Below, piece after piece: positions 30,050 to 39,324 of a stretch of DNA of 64,000 nucleotides. Every line of letters starts with the position of its first letter. Within the stretch, counting starts at the first letter, position 1. This DNA is from Arcobacteraceae bacterium (GTDB lineage: Bacteria; Campylobacterota; Campylobacteria; Campylobacterales; Arcobacteraceae): the NCBI GenBank assembly GCA_963662945.1, contig OY759974.1:2176001-2240000 (forward strand), written 5' to 3'. The notes under the pieces were generated by a model. The model was not told where the DNA came from. It saw only the letters and a list, made by a program, of their open reading frames with translations, and made no database searches. The position numbers and the translations under genes were made by a program.

Positions 30050-30159
30050 GACATAGAACAAAAACACATTTACTTACACAAGAAGAAGTTGAAAAGTCAT
30101 TTATACGGGCTGTTATTGGTAGAGATGTTATGAAATGTGTAGGAAGATATTATAAATAA
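30046..30159 (+). pseudogene. 37-aa ORF, probably an internally deleted PNPOx/NimA-like flavoprotein remnant
   Basis: MRHRTKTHLLTQEEVE...AVIGRDVMKCVGRYYK*; AAGGA RBS; ATGA overlap with the argD stop. Confidence 0.5.
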
Positions 30160-30163
30160 GAAA

Positions 30164-30181
30164 TAGCAATTTTTGGATTGT
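30164..30181 (+). promoter_or_regulatory. Ada-like box 3
   Basis: TAGCAATTTTTGGATTGT; -10 TATGAT at 30201. Confidence 0.75.
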
Positions 30182-30233
30182 GTAATGTTGTTAGTTAGGT
30201 TATGATTTTAAAAGTAAATAAAAGGAGATAAAA

Positions 30234-31496
30234 ATGAGTTTTATAAAAAATGAAAGTCTAGAAAAAGCAGATTATGAGGTATTTTCAATAATTGAAAATG
30301 AGTTAAAAAGAGAAACAAATCACTTAGAGATGATTGCATCAGAAAACTTTACTAGTCCTGCTGTGATGGAAGCAACAGGAAGTATTTTTACAAATAAGTA
30401 TGCAGAAGGTTATCCATATAAAAGATATTATGGTGGATGTAAATTTGCAGATCAAGTTGAGCAGTTAGCTATCAATAGAGCTTGTGAAATTTTTGGTTGT
30501 AAATATGCAAATGTTCAACCACATTCTGGAAGTCAAGCCAATAGTGCTGTATATGCAGCATTGTTAAGTGCAGGAGATAAAATTCTTGGTATGGATTTAA
30601 GTCATGGTGGACATTTAACTCACGGAAGTAAACCATCCTTTTCAGGAAAAAATTATAATGCTTTTTCTTATGGAGTGGAACTAAATGGATATATTGATTA
30701 TGATAAAGTTATGGATATTGCAAAAGTTATACAGCCAAAAATTATTATTTGTGGTGCAAGTGCTTATGCTAGAGAACTTGATTTTAAAAAATTTAGAGAA
30801 ATAGCAGATGCTGTAGGAGCAATTTTGTTTGCTGATATTGCACATATTGCAGGACTTGTTGCCGCTGGTGAACATATGTCACCTTTTCCTTATGCTGATG
30901 TTGTTACAACAACTACACATAAAACACTAAGAGGACCAAGAGGTGGTATGATTATGTGTAATGATGAAGAGATTGCAAAAAAACTTAACAGTGCAATTTT
31001 CCCAGGAACACAGGGTGGTCCTTTGATTCATGTTATTGCTGCAAAAGCAGTTGCATTTAAAGAGGTGTTAGATGTTTCATGGAAAGAATATGCAAAGCAA
31101 ATAAAAGCCAATGCAAAAGTATTAGAAAAAGTTTTAATCAATAGAGGATATAATTTAGTAAGTGGTGGTACGGATAATCATCTTGTACTTGTAAGTTTTT
31201 TAAATAAAGAATTTTCAGGTAAAGATGCAGATTTAGCACTTGGAAATGCAGGGATTACTGTAAATAAAAACAGTGTACCAGGAGACACAAGAAGTCCTTT
31301 TATCACAAGTGGTATAAGAATAGGAAGTCCAGCTTTAACAGCACGAGGAATGAAAGAAAAAGAGTTTGAATTTATAGCAAATAAAATTTGTGATATTTTG
31401 GACAATATTCAAGATCTAAAATTACAAGAAAAAATTAATAAAGAATTAGAAGAGTTAGCAGGAAAATTTGTTCTTTATAGTAAATCAACTTTTTAA
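30234..31496 (+). CDS. glyA: serine hydroxymethyltransferase
   Basis: [26 protein letters not shown]. Confidence 0.97.
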   Translation: MSFIKNESLEKADYEVFSIIENELKRETNHLEMIASENFTSPAVMEATGSIFTNKYAEGYPYKRYYGGCKFADQVEQLAINRACEIFGCKYANVQPHSGSQANSAVYAALLSAGDKILGMDLSHGGHLTHGSKPSFSGKNYNAFSYGVELNGYIDYDKVMDIAKVIQPKIIICGASAYARELDFKKFREIADAVGAILFADIAHIAGLVAAGEHMSPFPYADVVTTTTHKTLRGPRGGMIMCNDEEIAKKLNSAIFPGTQGGPLIHVIAAKAVAFKEVLDVSWKEYAKQIKANAKVLEKVLINRGYNLVSGGTDNHLVLVSFLNKEFSGKDADLALGNAGITVNKNSVPGDTRSPFITSGIRIGSPALTARGMKEKEFEFIANKICDILDNIQDLKLQEKINKELEELAGKFVLYSKSTF

Positions 31497-31547
31497 TAAT
31501 AAAATTAAATATATTCATTGCCTATGAAGCAACAAAAAAGGAAACTG

Positions 31548-32141
31548 ATGAAATCACAATTTGAGATAAAAGATAAAAAACTTATAGAGAATATTTTAGC
31601 AATAGTAGAGTATGGAACTTTAGCACTTTGTAAAGATAACAAACCTTATAGTGTGCCAGTAAATTTTGTATACAGTAACGATGTTATCTATTTTCATGGA
31701 AGTAAAAAAGGGAAGAAAAAAGAGTTTATGTTAGATAACTCTTTTGCCTCTTTTAGTATTGTAGAGTCTTATTCTATGATACAGTCATATTTTAGTTCTA
31801 CAGATAATACAGCTTGTAGCGCAACACATTTTTTTAAATCAGTTAGTTGTGATGGAAAAATAGAAATTGTAAAAAACTATGATGAAAAAGCTATAGCGCT
31901 ACAACTTTTGATGGAAAAATTTCAGCCTGAAGGACAATATATACCACTTAGTGATGGAATTTATCAAAAAATGATAGATGCAACAGAAGTTTTTAAATTA
32001 CATATAGAAAAGATAAGAGGTAAAATAAAAGTTGGTCAACATTTACCTCCTGAGAGATTCGATATGATTATCAAACATTTAGAACAAAGAGGAAGTGATA
32101 TAGATAAATTAACTATAAAACAGATGAAGGCAAATATATGA
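31548..32141 (+). CDS. pyridoxamine 5'-phosphate oxidase-like/NimA flavin-binding protein
   Basis: YGTLAL, PYSVPVNF, IYFHGS..GKK. Confidence 0.85.
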   Translation: MKSQFEIKDKKLIENILAIVEYGTLALCKDNKPYSVPVNFVYSNDVIYFHGSKKGKKKEFMLDNSFASFSIVESYSMIQSYFSSTDNTACSATHFFKSVSCDGKIEIVKNYDEKAIALQLLMEKFQPEGQYIPLSDGIYQKMIDATEVFKLHIEKIRGKIKVGQHLPPERFDMIIKHLEQRGSDIDKLTIKQMKANI

Positions 32142-32707
32142 AATTAAAAATCGCACAATTAGAGGATATAGCTGATGTTTTAAAACTTCACTATAAGTAT
32201 CAAGTTGACTCTATAAAAGAGGAAGACAAAAAAGATGGTTTTGTAACAACACCATTTACAAAAGAGCAACTTACAAAATTGATACAAGAGGAGCAGGGGC
32301 TTTTTATAGCAAAAAAAGATAATAAAGTAGTAGCTTATGTGATGGCTGCCTCTTGGCAGTTTTGGTCAGCTTGGCCTATGTTTGCATATATGATTGAACA
32401 TCTTGGAGAGTTAGAATATTTAGGTCAAAAATTATGTGTAGATAACTCTTATCAGTATGGACCAATTTGTATCGATAAAAGTGTAAGAGGAATGGGAGTA
32501 TTAGAACAAATCTTTGATTTTGCACGAGAAAAGATGTCAAAGAGATACCCAATACTTGTAACTTTTATTAATAAAATAAATACGAGATCTTATGAAGCTC
32601 ATACAAGAAAACTAGGACTAGAAGTGATACAAGAGTTTACTTATAACAATAATCATTACTATGAACTTGTTTATGATACTTCTAAGAGTGTAGAATCAAT
32701 AGTGTAG
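32138..32707 (+). CDS. GNAT-family acetyltransferase
   Basis: YQYGPICIDKSVRGMG, NTRSYEAH. Confidence 0.8.
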   Translation: MKLKIAQLEDIADVLKLHYKYQVDSIKEEDKKDGFVTTPFTKEQLTKLIQEEQGLFIAKKDNKVVAYVMAASWQFWSAWPMFAYMIEHLGELEYLGQKLCVDNSYQYGPICIDKSVRGMGVLEQIFDFAREKMSKRYPILVTFINKINTRSYEAHTRKLGLEVIQEFTYNNNHYYELVYDTSKSVESIV

Positions 32708-33837
32708 CTAAAAGTACTCCCTTTATTGACTTGTGACTCTACACTTATCTCAATATTATTTTTAACACAGATGTTTTTTACGATACTTAGTCCTATACCA
32801 AAACCACCTGTTATTTTGTCACCTCTATAGTATCTATCAAAGATTTTTGTGGTATCTTTTATCCCTATACCTTGATCTTGAAAAGTGAGATGAATCTTAT
32901 CTTCTTTTTGTTGAAGAGTGATTGTGATGGTAGATTGTTCTTTTGAATATTTGATTGCATTTGAAAGATTATTATCTATGATTCTATAAAGTTCAATCTC
33001 ATTGAAATTTAGTGTTATATCTGAATGAATATTACCTACGAGGTTGATTTTTTTTGCAGTTGCTAAATCATTGAAAAATTCAACTCTTTTGTCTAAAAAT
33101 AAAGATAAATTAATCTTTTTTTTCTTTTCAATTCCACTAAATCGTTGCATATAATATTCTAAATCTTCATAGATAATACTCATATTTTTTAAAGCAGATT
33201 TTATCCTAAGTAGATGTTTATCCTCTTTAATTCTCATTTGTAGTAAATCAATATTTACCCTTGCTACACCAATAGGAGTTTTAAGTTCATGCATTGCATC
33301 TTTTAAAAAATCATCAAGATAAAGATTGAGTTTTTTATAAGGTTCTGTACTTTGTTTGATAGTAAAAAATGATGAGAGAAAAATTAAAGATATCATAGTT
33401 AAAATCAAAATAATAGTGTTGTATATCACTTGTGAATTGTCAATATTTTTACAAGTAATAATATATTTTGCTCCAAAAATATTATTTTGAAGATATTGTT
33501 TATAACATATTTTTTGTGAGCTTTGAAAAAACTCACTTTGAAATACTAGTTTTTCTTTAGAATCTAAAAGTGAAAAAAGGGCTTTGTCTTTTTCATCAAA
33601 AATAGCAGAAGTAAAAATATTTGAGCGTGGATAGTCAAATAGATTACTATTTTCGTCTTCAAATAATTTCATTTTTAAAATTACTGAAGAACTATAGTTT
33701 TTTAACATCATTTTATCTTTGATATTTTGATTTTCAAAAGAGGCTTTTAGATAGAAATATATAGGAATGAAAGCTATTGCTAAAGTAAGGATAACTTGAA
33801 TAATAATAAACTTAATATCATTGGTTTTATTTATCAA
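32671..33837 (-). CDS. sensor histidine kinase
   Basis: MHELKTP, NNLSNAIKYS, DQGIG, GFGIGL. Confidence 0.92.
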   Translation of the reverse strand: MINKTNDIKFIIIQVILTLAIAFIPIYFYLKASFENQNIKDKMMLKNYSSSVILKMKLFEDENSNLFDYPRSNIFTSAIFDEKDKALFSLLDSKEKLVFQSEFFQSSQKICYKQYLQNNIFGAKYIITCKNIDNSQVIYNTIILILTMISLIFLSSFFTIKQSTEPYKKLNLYLDDFLKDAMHELKTPIGVARVNIDLLQMRIKEDKHLLRIKSALKNMSIIYEDLEYYMQRFSGIEKKKKINLSLFLDKRVEFFNDLATAKKINLVGNIHSDITLNFNEIELYRIIDNNLSNAIKYSKEQSTITITLQQKEDKIHLTFQDQGIGIKDTTKIFDRYYRGDKITGGFGIGLSIVKNICVKNNIEISVESQVNKGSTFSYTIDSTLLEVS

Positions 33838-34486
33838 TTTTATATCCTACAAATCTTTTTGTAATGATAAAGTTTTTGTCAGTTTTGGTACGGATTCTTT
33901 TTATACACATCCGTATATCTGCGTATTGAATATCTTTGTTGTCCCATATATTTTCATGTAAAGATTCAATAGAAACATAAAAACCTCTATTTTGAATAAG
34001 AAAGCTGATGACTTCACTCTCTTTTTGTGTTAAATCAATAGGTTTTTCTTCTCTGTATAATATATTTTTTTGTATATCAAATACAAAGTTGTTGTGTAAA
34101 TATATTTTATTTTCTTCTGATGCGAAACATTTACTTTTGATGAGTTGATCAATTCTATAGCGTAATTCAATTAAATCAAATGGTTTTTTTAAATAATCAT
34201 TACAACCTAGTTCATATCCCTTACTTAGATTTGACATATCTGTTAGTGAAGTTAGTATAATTACAGGTGTTTGTATACCCTGTTCTCTGATATTTTCAAT
34301 AAGAGTGAAGCCATCAGTTCCTGGTACTCTAATATCTAAAAGTAGTAGATTGTATTTATTTTCATAAATGGCATCTAGTGCATCATCTCCATTATCAAAA
34401 TCATCAACGTCAAAATCTAGTTCTTCTAAGAACTCTTTTATTGATATTTTATAAAGGTAGTCATCTTCAAGGAGTAAAATTTTCAT
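33827..34486 (-). CDS. OmpR-family response regulator
   Basis: LLLEDD, LLDIRVP, DYLKKPF, winged helix. Confidence 0.92.
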   Translation of the reverse strand: MKILLLEDDYLYKISIKEFLEELDFDVDDFDNGDDALDAIYENKYNLLLLDIRVPGTDGFTLIENIREQGIQTPVIILTSLTDMSNLSKGYELGCNDYLKKPFDLIELRYRIDQLIKSKCFASEENKIYLHNNFVFDIQKNILYREEKPIDLTQKESEVISFLIQNRGFYVSIESLHENIWDNKDIQYADIRMCIKRIRTKTDKNFIITKRFVGYKIDK

Positions 34487-34490
34487 ATTT

Positions 34491-35420
34491 TCACTTTATT
34501 ATAATATTTTGTTTATTTTGTGTTGTTTCTTTAATCGGTATGGTTGTATTGATACTTCCTTTATATTCATAATTTGGTAGATAATTAAAATTTTGATTTG
34601 TATTGTTAAAACTAGCTACTAAGTAACCCATAGTTTCTTTATCCATACTTCCCAAAGATATAAATGTAATGATTGTATCATCTATCTGATAATAAAATTG
34701 TTTTTGAGATAAAATCTCTTTATTATTTAGTAAAATATTATAGAGATTTTCATTGTATTTTTCTTCAATTATTACATAATTATATAGCTTTTTATTGTTT
34801 TGATGGTATTTTGCAATATTGAGAAATTTACTATCAAGTAATGGTATGACATCAATTCCAGCTAATTGTAATCTTTCTTTTATAGTTGAATAGTCTATTA
34901 TCACTTCTAGTGAGCCAATATATTTTTCTTTATCAAAAATTGGAGAGATAGCTTTGATATTAAATCTTTTACCAAGTTCATTTGATACAAAAGGTTGTTT
35001 TGATTGTTTTACTTTGACTAAACCTTTTCTAAAATTTGAAAGATTGAGTCCAACATCTTTATCTTCCCAACTTCTTACAAATACTTTTAAATCTTTTGTA
35101 TGTACTTGAATTTGGATATTTTGTTGTTTTGTGTATTGAGATATGGAAGCCAACAATGTATTGAGTTCATCTTTTAACTGTTTTGGATTATTGTTTTTTA
35201 AATTATCAATAATATATTGATTTTTTGAAAAAAGTATTGCTAGTGATAAAGCATATTTTTTTTGATTTGAGATTTCACTTTGTATAAGCTCAACATTATT
35301 GGAAACAAGTATGTCTATTTGGTTTTGTTGTATAATGTCGTTATATTTTTTGAGAAAAAAGAGTAGTATAAAAATTATAATGAGAAAGAAGATTACAAAG
35401 TTTTTATATGTTTTTATCAT
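34491..35420 (-). CDS. stand-alone membrane-anchored Cache-domain protein
   Basis: One N-terminal TM; QVHTKD..FVRSW...LSNFR...YIGSLEV resembles the sensor region of 50938-52752. Confidence 0.7.
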   Translation of the reverse strand: MIKTYKNFVIFFLIIIFILLFFLKKYNDIIQQNQIDILVSNNVELIQSEISNQKKYALSLAILFSKNQYIIDNLKNNNPKQLKDELNTLLASISQYTKQQNIQIQVHTKDLKVFVRSWEDKDVGLNLSNFRKGLVKVKQSKQPFVSNELGKRFNIKAISPIFDKEKYIGSLEVIIDYSTIKERLQLAGIDVIPLLDSKFLNIAKYHQNNKKLYNYVIIEEKYNENLYNILLNNKEILSQKQFYYQIDDTIITFISLGSMDKETMGYLVASFNNTNQNFNYLPNYEYKGSINTTIPIKETTQNKQNIIIK

Positions 35421-35480
35421 AGACTCATTGTAACCAAAAAAACTTGGAAATATCCTTTTTGGATATTTCAAGTGTTTTTA

Positions 35481-36422
35481 TTATTTGATTAGCTTATCGC
35501 CTCTAATTACATCTATGTCAAGACCTAATGCTTTGAAGTTACTTCTTACAGAATGTTTTTCTTTTAAAACATTTGAGTGATAAATCCCACCTTTTCCATC
35601 TGGTAATAAACCTTTATCTAAATCAAAATCAGCTCTCTCTTGAGCATTTACATAAAGCATAACATCCGCAGCATCTTGATCACTTAAACTTCCACCTTGA
35701 CCTAAAGGCATTTTTAGTTTAACCCAAGCAGCACCTTTATCTAGTTTACTCATACCAGCACCAGTATTGTAAGATAACCATTTACCATTTGCATCTTTTC
35801 CCCAAAGTGGTGGAAACTCTCCCATCCCTTCTCCATTTGCATTGTGACACATTGCACATTGGTTTTCATATACTTTTTGACCATTTACATAGTTTGCATG
35901 TGTAGCTTTTTTTTGTATTGGATTGAAGTGTTTTATCCCTGCTGGCCATAATTTTTTATTTGTAGGACCCCAAGGACCTTTGTCATTTAAATGCATCGGT
36001 TTCCCATCTGCTAACCAAGTAATATATGTAGCAATAGCCATAGAAGCTTCACTATCATTTACTAGTCTTTTACCATTCATACTTCTCATAAAACAGTTAT
36101 TTGATCTATCTTGTAAAGTTTGAACTGCTTTCTCTCTTTTTGACCATGTTGGGAAAGAAACAGCTGTATCTAACCATGAAGAAAGACCATCAGCTGTTCC
36201 AGGTTTACCATCTTCACCTCTTAAGTGACAAGAAGCACAGTTAAGTTTATTTCCTACAAAATCTTTTGTAAGTGGATGAGTATCAGTATGTAAAGCTATC
36301 TCTTCACCTAGTTTAACTAATTTACCAAGTTCTCCTTCTGGATATGCTTTTGGTGCACTACCAGCAAATAAATATACCGAACAGGCAAGACTCAAAATCG
36401 CAAGTTTATGTAAAGACTTCAT
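35481..36422 (-). CDS. tsdA: thiosulfate dehydrogenase/tetrathionate reductase, diheme cytochrome c
   Basis: CASCH and CAMCH heme motifs, NNCFMRSMNG catalytic Cys, PPLWG, GAGM, KMP. Confidence 0.9.
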   Translation of the reverse strand: MKSLHKLAILSLACSVYLFAGSAPKAYPEGELGKLVKLGEEIALHTDTHPLTKDFVGNKLNCASCHLRGEDGKPGTADGLSSWLDTAVSFPTWSKREKAVQTLQDRSNNCFMRSMNGKRLVNDSEASMAIATYITWLADGKPMHLNDKGPWGPTNKKLWPAGIKHFNPIQKKATHANYVNGQKVYENQCAMCHNANGEGMGEFPPLWGKDANGKWLSYNTGAGMSKLDKGAAWVKLKMPLGQGGSLSDQDAADVMLYVNAQERADFDLDKGLLPDGKGGIYHSNVLKEKHSVRSNFKALGLDIDVIRGDKLIK

Positions 36423-36574
36423 TTATTACTCCTATTAATAAGTTTTCATAAGGTAATAATAAAGTAACAATGTAACTCGAAAATAACAAATACTTATTTT
36501 TGTAATTTAGGAGATTGGATAAATATAAAAATTGCGTTTAAATTTTATTTTATAACTTTTAGGGTAGAATTTTA

Positions 36575-36590
36575 CCAAACAATCGTTTGG
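36575..36590. promoter_or_regulatory. TetR operator 1
   Basis: CCAAAC-AATC-GTTTGG just downstream of -10 TAGAAT. Confidence 0.75.
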
Positions 36591-36598
36591 ATAAATGT

Positions 36599-37153
36599 AT
36601 GGCAATAAAAAAAACATCAAGAGAAGAGATACTTAAAGAGTCAATTAAACTTTTTAAAATACGAGGATATTATAATACTTCTATGGCAAACATTGCTGAG
36701 GCGTGTGGACTTATAAAAGGGAGTATTTATCATCATTTTAAAAGTAAAGATGAGATAGGTTTAGAATCATTAAAATATATTCACTTATATTTTGAAAAAC
36801 ATATTTACTCTTTAGTTGATAGAAAAGATTTAACAGATAAAGAAAAGCTTACCCTTTTTGTACAAAAAACTGATGAATATTTCTTGCATAGTGAAGGTGG
36901 TTGTTTACTTGGAAATCTTGCGCTAGAGGTTTCACATGAAAATTTAGAATTTAAAGAAGAGATTAAATCATATTTTATGGCTTGGGAAAATGCGTTAGCA
37001 AAAATATTAAAGGCAAAATATGGTGAAAATGAATCTCTTTCATTGGCAAGAGAATATATTGCACTCACGCAAGGTGCTATAATGATGATGAATTTATATA
37101 ATTCACCAGAAAATTATCTGAAAGTTGGTAAAAAAATCACTAATTTACTTTAG
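36599..37153 (+). CDS. TetR/AcrR-family regulator
   Basis: TSMANIAEACGLIKGSIYHHFKSK; GCLLGNL. Confidence 0.92.
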   Translation: MAIKKTSREEILKESIKLFKIRGYYNTSMANIAEACGLIKGSIYHHFKSKDEIGLESLKYIHLYFEKHIYSLVDRKDLTDKEKLTLFVQKTDEYFLHSEGGCLLGNLALEVSHENLEFKEEIKSYFMAWENALAKILKAKYGENESLSLAREYIALTQGAIMMMNLYNSPENYLKVGKKITNLL

Positions 37154-37175
37154 TGTTTTTTTTTACTCTATTTAT

Positions 37176-37191
37176 ACAAACAATCGTTTGG
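37176..37191. promoter_or_regulatory. TetR operator 2
   Basis: ACAAACAATCGTTTGG, 15/16 identical to operator 1. Confidence 0.75.
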
Positions 37192-37207
37192 TTGAAAAAG
37201 GAAAAAA

Positions 37208-37732
37208 ATGAATATATTTACACAAGAACATCTTGATATAAGGGATAAATATGGTACAACACAAAAAGCAAATTATTGGTTAAATACTTTAGATACAGAG
37301 AAGTTAGATACAAGAATGATAAAACTGATTGAAAGTATTGGTTATTTCTTTTTTGCTACTTCAAGTAAAGATGGAAGAGTAAATGTAAATTTTAAAGGGA
37401 GTGATAACAAAAAACTTTTAAAAGTTTTAGACCCAAATACAATGATTTTTCCTGATTATACAGGAAATGGAATCTTACACTCTATAGGAGATATACAAAC
37501 AAATCCTCATGTAGGATTATTGATTATTGATTTTTCAAGAGATGTACGAATCAAAATAAATGGTCGGGCTACAATTATAGATGATAAAAGTGAGATAGTA
37601 AAATATCTTGATATATTTGATTCTTTTGAATTTGAAAGATTGATAAAAATTGATATTGATTATGTATTGCCAAATTGTTCAAACAAATTGCATGTTGTGA
37701 GAGATGATATTTTAGCAAAGGAGATAAGATGA
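37208..37732 (+). CDS. PNPOx-like FMN-binding protein
   Basis: FFFATS, FPDYTGN, NPHVGLLIIDF, PNC. Confidence 0.8.
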   Translation: MNIFTQEHLDIRDKYGTTQKANYWLNTLDTEKLDTRMIKLIESIGYFFFATSSKDGRVNVNFKGSDNKKLLKVLDPNTMIFPDYTGNGILHSIGDIQTNPHVGLLIIDFSRDVRIKINGRATIIDDKSEIVKYLDIFDSFEFERLIKIDIDYVLPNCSNKLHVVRDDILAKEIR

Positions 37733-38238
37733 ATTATTTTCAAAAGTTTCAAGGGCAGGGTGTCGCATTGCCTCCAAAGTCAAGTGTGAGTGACATTCTT
37801 TTTGCATGGATTGGTGGATTTATAGCTATTGCAATGATAGGTTATCTTACAAAAAATTATGATAACTTACTCGTAATGGGTTCTTTTGGAGCCTCCTGTG
37901 TTTTATTATTTGGTTATCCCAAAAGTCCATTTTCTCAACCAAGAAATGTCATATTTGGACATTTTTTTTCAACGTTGATAGGATTGTCTTTTTTACATTT
38001 GATAGGAAATGAGTGGTGGAGTATGGCATTGGCTTTAGCTACAGCAATTGCTGTAATGATAGCTACAAGAACTGTTCATCCACCAGCTGGTTCAAATCCT
38101 TTAATTGTATTTTTACTTGGAAGTAATTGGGATTATCTTATTTTTCCTAGTTTGTTGGGCTCTATTATCTTAGTTGTAGTTGCAGTTTTTTATAATAATT
38201 TAGATAAAAAAAGAGCTTATCCTGAATATTGGTATTGA
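37729..38238 (+). CDS. HPP-family membrane protein
   Basis: SFGAS, SPFSQPRN, TVHPPAG. Confidence 0.92.
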   Translation: MNYFQKFQGQGVALPPKSSVSDILFAWIGGFIAIAMIGYLTKNYDNLLVMGSFGASCVLLFGYPKSPFSQPRNVIFGHFFSTLIGLSFLHLIGNEWWSMALALATAIAVMIATRTVHPPAGSNPLIVFLLGSNWDYLIFPSLLGSIILVVVAVFYNNLDKKRAYPEYWY

Positions 38239-38247
38239 ATGATTTAT

Positions 38248-38274
38248 ACCTTAACTCTTTAAAGGAGTTAAGGT
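38248..38274. terminator. hairpin between convergent HPP gene and ribB
   Basis: ACCTTAACTC-N7-GAGTTAAGGT, perfect 10-bp stem. Confidence 0.65.
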
Positions 38275-38286
38275 GTGTTGTCCTTC

Positions 38287-38922
38287 TTAGAGAGTATAGA
38301 GTTTACGATAGTTTATAATATCTTGTACACTTAGTATTGGCATAGAGTATTTTTTTGAAAATTGGATTACTTCTTCCCCTTGTGTCATAGTTCCATCTTC
38401 ATTTGTGAGTTCACATAAAATAGCACTAGGTTCTAAGTTTGAAAGTTTCATCAAATCTATACTAGCTTCAGTATGTCCTTCTCTTTCTAAAACACCGCCA
38501 TCTTTTGCACGTAAAGGAAAAATATGACCAGGAGAAACAATGTGATTTATCCCATCTTTTTTAATAGCTGCTTGTATAGTTGTAACTCTATCTTGCGCTG
38601 AAACACCTGTAGTTACATTTTCTTTTGCTTCAATTGAGATTGTAAAAGGTGTTTGATATTTTGAGTTATTTGTTTGTACCATCATTGGAAGTTGGAGTTC
38701 TTTTACTTTTTGAGAAGTTAAACAAAGACACACGATGCCACTGCACTCTCGTATAAGGAGTGCCATTTGTTCTTTAGTGATATTTTGAGCACTGAAAATT
38801 ATATCAGCTTCATTTTCTCTATTTTTATCATCTGTTACAATGACACCAGTTCCTGATTGTAATGCTTTGATAGCATTTTGTACGTTTAATTCAAAGTCTA
38901 AATTAGACATTTTTTGATTCAT
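38287..38922 (-). CDS. ribB: 3,4-dihydroxy-2-butanone-4-phosphate synthase (stand-alone)
   Basis: [32 protein letters not shown]. Confidence 0.95.
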   Translation of the reverse strand: MNQKMSNLDFELNVQNAIKALQSGTGVIVTDDKNRENEADIIFSAQNITKEQMALLIRECSGIVCLCLTSQKVKELQLPMMVQTNNSKYQTPFTISIEAKENVTTGVSAQDRVTTIQAAIKKDGINHIVSPGHIFPLRAKDGGVLEREGHTEASIDLMKLSNLEPSAILCELTNEDGTMTQGEEVIQFSKKYSMPILSVQDIINYRKLYTL

Positions 38923-39014
38923 TAGTTAACCTTTATTATTGAGTAAACTTATTGAATCAGGGCTAATATTTAAGTAATATAATCCTAATGTATGAACAGT
39001 AGTAAAACTTTTTA

Positions 39015-39154
39015 TATTCTCTTTCATCCAGACTATGACTGTTGGTTTTGGATTTGCACCAAATCTGCTTGACCCTTACAAAAGTAAGGCGCTCGTGGAC
39101 TTCTATAAAGTATAGTTACCACCAGTAAGGAATTTCACCTTGCCCTGAGAAATA
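39015..39154 (-). ncRNA. FMN riboswitch
   Basis: TCAGGGCAAGGTGAAATTCCTTACTGGTGGTA...AGTCCACGAGCG...GCAGATTTGGTG...ACAGTCATAGTCTGGATGAAAGAGA upstream of ribB. Confidence 0.95.
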
Positions 39155-39324
39155 AATTTGGAAAAATAGTAACTAAATTTTGCTTATAAAATGAAGAAAT
39201 AGAAAGTTCAAGAAAATGAAGATAAAATTTAAAATTAAAAAAATTATTTATAAAATGGTATGACAATTTAAATCTTAGAAACAGAAATTTATTGTAATAG
39301 TAATTACTCGACAAGGGATAGTTA

